Part shown: positions 13,017-17,437 of the stretch, in pieces
Layout of the letters: every line of letters starts with the position of its first letter
Position numbering within the stretch: the stretch's first letter is position 1
NCBI GenBank assembly: GCA_035543435.1
Contig: DATKKD010000011.1
Location: 1-17,437 of the forward strand
Direction: 5' to 3'
DNA: 17,437 bases
Source: Thermoplasmatota archaeon
Lineage (GTDB): Archaea; Thermoplasmatota; E2; DHVEG-1
Position numbers and translations under genes: made by a program
The notes under the pieces: model-generated
The model's database searches: none
Told to the model about the DNA's origin: nothing
Seen by the model: the letters and a program-made list of their open reading frames with translations, nothing else

Positions 13017-13661
13017 ATGGGAAGCGCCCTTGTGGACAGACTTGCTGATAGATCGATGACGACCGGGGAACTCCGAGGCATGATCCAGCGAAACCCCGCG
13101 CTTCTCCCGGAGGTTCTCGAAGGAATCGGATCTACCAAAGCCTCGATCCGTTACGGGTGCTCAAAGGTGTGTATGGAACTGAGCAGGGACCGTCCGGAGT
13201 TGCTCTACCCCCATATGGATTTTTTCGTCGACCTCCTGGATAGCACGTATCGGATCTTGACCTGGAACGCCCTTGCGGTCATCGCGCAGCTGACCCGCGT
13301 GGACACGCAAAAAAAATTCGATGCAATCTTCGAACAATACTTTGGTTTTTTACAGAGTGACTATATGGTCACGGTCGCCAATGTCGTGGATAATTCAGGG
13401 GTGATCGCCCTGGCAAAACCATACCTCATCCCGAAAATCACCAAAGAACTGCTGAAGGTCGCTTCGCTGAAAACCGGGAAGCATCTCACCTCTGAATGTA
13501 AACTTGTGATTGCTGAGAAAACCATCGAGTCGTTTGACCTGTTCTTTGACAAGGTGGAAGACAAGCAGGGCGTGCTCCTGCTCGTGAAAGGATGGTGCAC
13601 GAGCAGACGCAGACCATTGCGGGACAAAGCGCGACGTTTCCTCACCCAGTGGGGTGGATAG
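13017..13661 (+). CDS. All-alpha, HEAT/ARM-repeat-like hypothetical protein
   Basis: 214-aa ORF. TATA-like CTTAAAAAAG lies about 35-45 nt upstream. The sequence shows a helical-repeat character (LLPEVLEGIGS...RYGCSKVCMELS...LLYPHMDFFVDLLDS...WNALAVIAQL). No catalytic motif was recognised. Confidence 0.65.
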   Translation: MGSALVDRLADRSMTTGELRGMIQRNPALLPEVLEGIGSTKASIRYGCSKVCMELSRDRPELLYPHMDFFVDLLDSTYRILTWNALAVIAQLTRVDTQKKFDAIFEQYFGFLQSDYMVTVANVVDNSGVIALAKPYLIPKITKELLKVASLKTGKHLTSECKLVIAEKTIESFDLFFDKVEDKQGVLLLVKGWCTSRRRPLRDKARRFLTQWGG

Positions 13662-13666
13662 GACCC

Positions 13667-14824
13667 ATGGAAACCGCCTCAGTGCATCAGGAGGTCGTGT
13701 ACGCCAAGACCCTAGACGGATGGGATCTTAAGCTTTTCCATTATCTGCCTCGCAAAGACCAGATAAGCAACTACCCCGTCGTCCTGTGCCATGGGCTTCT
13801 CGCGAATAAGAACAGCTGCGACTTCGGCGAGATGGGGACCCCTGAATGGAGACAGTACAGCCTCGCCGCGTTTCTCCTTGAAGAAACACAAGACGGAGGG
13901 CCGGTGTTCGATGTCTGGGTGCCGGAGCTTCGCGGATGCGGATGCCCGACGCTCGACCCTGGGAAGCATCCTGAGAGGTACCGATGGGACCTGGATGACT
14001 TCGTGGACTACGACGTACCTGCGATCATCGGTCGGGTCCAGCAGTGGTACACAGAAAGGAAGCGGCCTGCGCCCCCGGTGTTTTGGGTGGGAAAAAGCAT
14101 GGGCGGGATGATCGCCTATGCGTACGGTGAGACACCTGCTGGTCAGAGGAATCTGAAGGGTGTGGTGACGCTTGGCTCGCCCGTGGTCTTTGGCAAAAGC
14201 AACGTGCTGCTTGAGTTTCTGACGCGGGTCAGTCCCAGGAGAGTCTCGCTCCCTTTGCGAATCCGGGAGATTGTCGCAAGATCAGCGGAGGTGTCCAATC
14301 ATTTCAAAGGGTTAGGCATCAACCCATCGAACATCGACCCCGAGGTGTTCCGCATGTACCTGAAGGTCGGCTTGTGCGAGACGTACTCCTCCAAGGTGCT
14401 GAGCCAGTTCTCCATTTTCATCAAGCATTCCAACTTCTGCCGGTACCCGCGGTATCCATGGATGTACGACCTTTTTGGGAGGATCCCTGGCATCAAGCAC
14501 CTGGTGGCGCCCTACAGCTATAAGGATCATCTGCGTGAGTTCGTCACCCCCTTGCTCGCGATCGCAGGGGGCCATGACAAGCTGGGGCCAACACAGGATG
14601 TGCGGTACGCTGTCGAACATGTCGGGAGTTCGGATGTGACGTACTTGGAGTTTTCGAAAGAGGCGGGGTACCGGGATGATTACGGGCATCTCGATTTGAA
14701 CCTCGGCCTCCACGCCCGTGAGGACGTGTACCCGGCCGTCCAGGCATGGCTCCGGAAACGAAGTGACGTCCAGAGACCTCGGGACGACGGTGCACGGAAA
14801 AAAGGAGAGAAAAGGGAGATATAG
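13667..14824 (+). CDS. Alpha/beta-fold hydrolase (lipase/esterase-like), 385 aa
   Basis: The ORF-track entry starts at 13592 inside the upstream gene. I prefer ATG 13667, 5 nt after the upstream TAG and preceded by GGTGGATAGG. Motifs are VVLCHGLLAN (oxyanion-region HG), the nucleophile elbow GKSMGG, GGHDKL (Asp) and YGHLDL (His). The C-terminal tail is highly basic (RKRSDVQRPRDDGARKKGEKREI). Confidence 0.8.
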   Translation: METASVHQEVVYAKTLDGWDLKLFHYLPRKDQISNYPVVLCHGLLANKNSCDFGEMGTPEWRQYSLAAFLLEETQDGGPVFDVWVPELRGCGCPTLDPGKHPERYRWDLDDFVDYDVPAIIGRVQQWYTERKRPAPPVFWVGKSMGGMIAYAYGETPAGQRNLKGVVTLGSPVVFGKSNVLLEFLTRVSPRRVSLPLRIREIVARSAEVSNHFKGLGINPSNIDPEVFRMYLKVGLCETYSSKVLSQFSIFIKHSNFCRYPRYPWMYDLFGRIPGIKHLVAPYSYKDHLREFVTPLLAIAGGHDKLGPTQDVRYAVEHVGSSDVTYLEFSKEAGYRDDYGHLDLNLGLHAREDVYPAVQAWLRKRSDVQRPRDDGARKKGEKREI

Positions 14825-14885
14825 GGGATAATACGAAGCAGAAAAATCTTTCCTCCCTTTCTCCACATCATCTATACAACATCGC

Positions 14886-14893
14886 TATATAAA
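14886..14893. promoter_or_regulatory. Strong TATA-like box (TATATAAA) in the 430-nt spacer, orientation unresolved
   Basis: The sequence is GCTATATAAATTTTTCG. Read on the minus strand it has a CGAAAAA BRE-like stretch upstream. Read on the plus strand it would place a TSS about 25 nt before a 34-codon ORF (14943-15047) that has AGAGG 9 nt upstream. Confidence 0.35.
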
Positions 14894-15256
14894 TTTTTCG
14901 ATAAATTGGACATTTCTTAACAAAAAATAGAGGCCTTTCGTTATGTTTTCTCAGAATGAGAAATCCATCCAGAGAACTATGGATGGTGTGGGCCACGACG
15001 AAGAAGATCAGTTCTCCTTGGGACGAAGAGAAACCACACGATTTTAATGCTGCCGAGGTAAAAACCAAAGGAGACTTCAGGGAGATGAACCCGCATCATT
15101 TCGATGACAAAACGTTAATAAGCGGACCTTTTATTGCGTGGACTCGTGCGATGTAGACGCAAGCTCGACCCGGTGGTGAGAATAACAATGATGCACTGCC
15201 TGGGAAAAAGCACAACGTGACACATCCTCAGCGCCAAGATCAGGAGGTATATCGAA

Positions 15257-16549
15257 ATGAAAACCATAGTTACCGCAACCATGACCTTATTACTTGTCAT
15301 AGGGATGATGACGATAGTACTACCGACCGCTCATGCGAGCGATCCGGCCATCATCATCTCCCAATACCAACTCTCCCCGGAGATCCTCTCGCCGGGTGAT
15401 ACCGCGATCCTGAGCCTCACGGTGAGGAACGGGGAGATGACCGCGACCGAGTCGACGACCTCGGTCAACGGCGGAGGCACGACCACCACGGTCCACACCC
15501 TCGGAGCAACGATTCATGCCATCAGCATCATCCCGGCGCAATCCGGCGGCAGGCAGATCCGTGCGACACAGGAGTACGACGATCTAGGGTTTCTTGCAGC
15601 GGGAACAAGCATCGAGGTGTCGTTCACCCTTCTTGTTGACCAGAACATGAGCGAGGGCGTGTATTACCCCCTGGTCGACATCGACGTCGGCACCGACACC
15701 GACATCCAGTACCCACTCCTTGTCAAGGTGAGCGATGCTGCTGTCACCCTACTGCCTACGAGCATTCCCTCGAAGGTCTCCCGGGGCGGGACGACGGATC
15801 TCACCATCACCGCGGTCAACACAAGGGGCAATTCGGTCAACGACATCACGATCACGCCGCAGGGCGACCACGTCGAGTTCGTACCGCAGAGTTATTACCT
15901 CGGCTCACTAGCCTCGGCAACATCCAGGGACATCGTCTTTTCTCTCAAACCAAGCGAGATGGGAGTCAGCAATCTCACGTTCACCATGACCTATAAGAAC
16001 GGAGACAACCTGCATGAAAGCACGCTCGTCGCCCCGATCACCGTGATCGATGCCTTGGACGTCGCGCCCATCATCACCGGGTTCCCCATCAGCATCACGA
16101 AAGGAGGGTCCTCGCGGATCACGATCGAGGTCTACAACGCGAAAACCGAGAAGATCACGGGGGTGCTCATCACCCCGATCTGCGACACAACCGTGATCCC
16201 CTCCCAGTATTTCATCGGTGCCATGGACCCAGATGACGTGTTCTCCGCGTCCTTCGACATCTACGCGGACAGCGAGGGGTTCGGCACGCACACGATCAGC
16301 TTCATGGTCTCCTTCAAGCAAGGGAACGATTACTACGAAACACCCTTAGTGAGCAAGTCGTTCGAGGTCGTCTCAGGCAAAGGGGTCAGTTACCTTGCCT
16401 CGGGAAGCACGAGCAGTCAATCCACCGCAACCACAGCAGGAGCTCCCGCGCTGATGACCTGTGTGCTTTCCTTCGTCGTCATCATTGTCATCATCGTCGT
16501 CATCGTCCTCTTCTACATGAGGTGGAGAAAACGCCGGCAAGCATCATGA
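15257..16549 (+). CDS. Secreted, C-terminally membrane-anchored protein with three Ig-like (CARDB / S-layer-domain-like) repeats
   Basis: 430-aa ORF with AGGAGGT 8 nt upstream. The signal peptide ends in AHA-S. Three repeats of about 110-130 aa are present; compare VSRGGTTDLTITAVNTRGNSVNDITITP...YYLGSL with ITKGGSSRITIEVYNAKTEKITGVLITP...YFIGAM. A Ser/Thr-rich linker is followed by a poly-Val/Ile TM segment and a basic RWRKRRQAS tail. Confidence 0.8.
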   Translation: MKTIVTATMTLLLVIGMMTIVLPTAHASDPAIIISQYQLSPEILSPGDTAILSLTVRNGEMTATESTTSVNGGGTTTTVHTLGATIHAISIIPAQSGGRQIRATQEYDDLGFLAAGTSIEVSFTLLVDQNMSEGVYYPLVDIDVGTDTDIQYPLLVKVSDAAVTLLPTSIPSKVSRGGTTDLTITAVNTRGNSVNDITITPQGDHVEFVPQSYYLGSLASATSRDIVFSLKPSEMGVSNLTFTMTYKNGDNLHESTLVAPITVIDALDVAPIITGFPISITKGGSSRITIEVYNAKTEKITGVLITPICDTTVIPSQYFIGAMDPDDVFSASFDIYADSEGFGTHTISFMVSFKQGNDYYETPLVSKSFEVVSGKGVSYLASGSTSSQSTATTAGAPALMTCVLSFVVIIVIIVVIVLFYMRWRKRRQAS

Positions 16550-17229
16550 GGACAGACATCATCGTCACCCAGCACCTCTCAAAGACCTACGGCAGGCCGC
16601 CTCTCCAAGTCCATGCGTTGCGAGAGACCGATCTCTCGATCAAAAAAGGGGACTACATCGCGATCATCGGCCCCTCCGGGTCAGGGAAATCCACGCTCAT
16701 GAACCTCCTCGGCTGCCTCGACAAGCCGTCCACCGGGAAGATTTTCATCGACGGCAAGGACGTCTCGACCTTGAACGAAAAAGAGCTCGCCCGGATCCGA
16801 CGCGAGAAGATCGGATTCATTTTTCAGAAATACAACTTGATCCCGACCCTCAACGCGCTCGAGAACGTCGAGCTTTCCATGGGGTTCGCCGGGGTCGATA
16901 CGCAGACCCGCACGAAACGAGCCAAGCAGTTGCTTGCGCTGGTGGAGCTTTCCCAGCGGCTCACCCATAAACCCTCGGAGATGAGCGGCGGTGAGCAGCA
17001 GCGGGTGGCGATCGCGCGCGCCCTTGCGAACAACCCCTCGATCATCCTTGCCGACGAGCCGACGGGGAACGTCGACACCAAGTCAGGGGACAACATCATG
17101 CGCATCCTCGAGGAGGTCAACGCGCGAGGCGAAACGATCATCGTCGTGACCCACAACATGGCGATCGCGCAGCGCGCGAAACGGGTGCTTCGCATCCAGG
17201 ACGGGATCGTGTCGGAGGGGTATGTTTAG
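16546..17229 (+). CDS. ABC transporter ATP-binding protein, MacB/LolD-type
   Basis: The ORF-track entry starts at 16522 inside the upstream gene. ATG 16546 overlaps the upstream TGA (ATGA). Motifs are Walker A GPSGSGKST, Q-loop, signature MSGGEQQRVAIARAL, Walker B IILADEPT and an H-loop (VTHN). Confidence 0.95.
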   Translation: MRTDIIVTQHLSKTYGRPPLQVHALRETDLSIKKGDYIAIIGPSGSGKSTLMNLLGCLDKPSTGKIFIDGKDVSTLNEKELARIRREKIGFIFQKYNLIPTLNALENVELSMGFAGVDTQTRTKRAKQLLALVELSQRLTHKPSEMSGGEQQRVAIARALANNPSIILADEPTGNVDTKSGDNIMRILEEVNARGETIIVVTHNMAIAQRAKRVLRIQDGIVSEGYV

Positions 17230-17437
17230 GGACCATGTGAAACTCGCGATCAAGAACCTTCGACATCGTCTGTCGCGGTCACTGTTGACCCTGCTTGGCA
17301 TCGCCATCGGCATCATGGCGATCATCTCGCTCATGGCGCTCGGGGAAGGCATGCAGCAGGCGGTCACCGGGCAGCTGTCCTCGCTTTCCGATGTCATCAT
17401 CGTCACCACAGGGGGCAATATCTATTCGGCATTCACA
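17222..17437 (+). CDS. ABC transporter permease, MacB/FtsX-type, N-terminal part (runs off the right edge)
   Basis: ATG 17222 overlaps the ATPase stop (ATGTTTAG). My translation is MFRDHVKLAIKNLRHRLSRSLLTLLGIAIGIMAIISLMALGEGMQQAVTGQLSSLSDVIIV.... This is the typical MacB_PCD/FtsX N-terminus: A-x-x-N-L-x-x-x-x-x-R-S-x-L-T-x-L-G-I-x-I-G. Confidence 0.8.
   Translation, partial: MFRDHVKLAIKNLRHRLSRSLLTLLGIAIGIMAIISLMALGEGMQQAVTGQLSSLSDVIIVTTGGNIYSAFT

Noticed and set aside
12941-13048. A possible C/D-box sRNA (GTGATGA at 12941-12947, with TGTGATA and CTGA further on).
   Set aside because: The box spacing is far too long for an archaeal C/D sRNA (about 100 nt versus 50-60 nt). No proper D' or C' pair is present, and the putative D box lies inside the HEAT-like CDS.
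14312-14866. A 184-aa minus-strand ORF antisense to the alpha/beta hydrolase gene, together with similar antisense ORFs inside the threonine aldolase (8776-9354, 8793-9248, 9294-9683) and the FAD oxidase (379-654, 923-1216, 1671-2036).
   Set aside because: Each overlaps a frame with clear family motifs and has shadow-ORF composition. None has an SD or TATA signal of its own.
14868-15068. A 66-aa minus-strand ORF in the 430-nt spacer.
   Set aside because: It has a TTG start and no SD. It runs through the strongest TATA box of the region, and its product (MVFTSAALKSCGFSSS...) is unremarkable. It is probably a chance ORF in AT-rich DNA.
16470-16515. A GTC/ATC codon-repeat tract (gtcgtcatcattgtcatcatcgtcgtcatcgtc), considered as a microsatellite or phase-variation site.
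   Set aside because: It simply encodes the poly-Val/Ile C-terminal transmembrane anchor (FVVIIVIIVVIVLF). The repeat is imperfect and in-frame, so slippage by one unit would only change helix length.
1-17437. CRISPR arrays, rRNA, toxin-antitoxin pairs and known defence-system signatures.
   Set aside because: I found no regularly spaced direct repeats, no rRNA-like conserved stretches, and no small adjacent gene pairs or nuclease, ATPase or helicase motifs characteristic of defence systems during manual inspection of both strands.

Overview
This 17.4 kb window of roughly 55% GC looks like an archaeal, euryarchaeal or methanogen-like, chromosomal segment. The evidence for an archaeal origin is as follows. 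A/T-rich TATA-like boxes sit about 25-45 nt upstream of gene and tRNA starts. Oligo-T tracts follow genes. The tRNA genes lack an encoded CCA and have an A1:U72 tRNA-Gln acceptor end. Shine-Dalgarno motifs of the GGAGGTGATC type are present. The window also encodes a geranylgeranyl-reductase-family flavoprotein, secreted proteins rich in N-x-S/T sequons, and a CARDB/S-layer-like protein fused to a MacB/LolD-type ABC operon. I support about 19 protein genes (two of them partial at the window edges), 2 tRNA genes, and a few low-confidence micro-ORFs and regulatory motifs. I saw no CRISPR array, transposase, integrase or rRNA. The most unusual feature is a clearly bacterial-type glutaminyl-tRNA synthetase gene (glnS). 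It is wedged between the two tRNA-Gln isoacceptor genes (CUG upstream, UUG downstream, all on the minus strand) and appears to be co-transcribed with the upstream tRNA. Archaea classically lack GlnRS and make Gln-tRNA(Gln) by transamidation with GatDE. Secondary candidates are: (1) a redox/Fe-S/flavin cluster at 1-4967, comprising an SCP2-like protein, an FeS-FAD oxidase, a Cys-rich membrane protein, a Cys-rich ferredoxin-domain protein, and a GGR paralog whose only plausible start is ATT; (2) a Sec/lipobox-exported Mo-oxidoreductase-fold protein with a tiny His-bearing membrane partner and a peroxiredoxin; (3) a triple-Ig-repeat surface protein translationally coupled to a MacB-like ABC transporter; (4) three unusually long AT-rich spacers holding micro-ORFs, repeated TATA-like motifs and an inverted repeat that brackets the promoter of a tandem-duplicated Lrp/AsnC regulator. 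All functional calls rest on motif recognition by eye, because no database search could be run.
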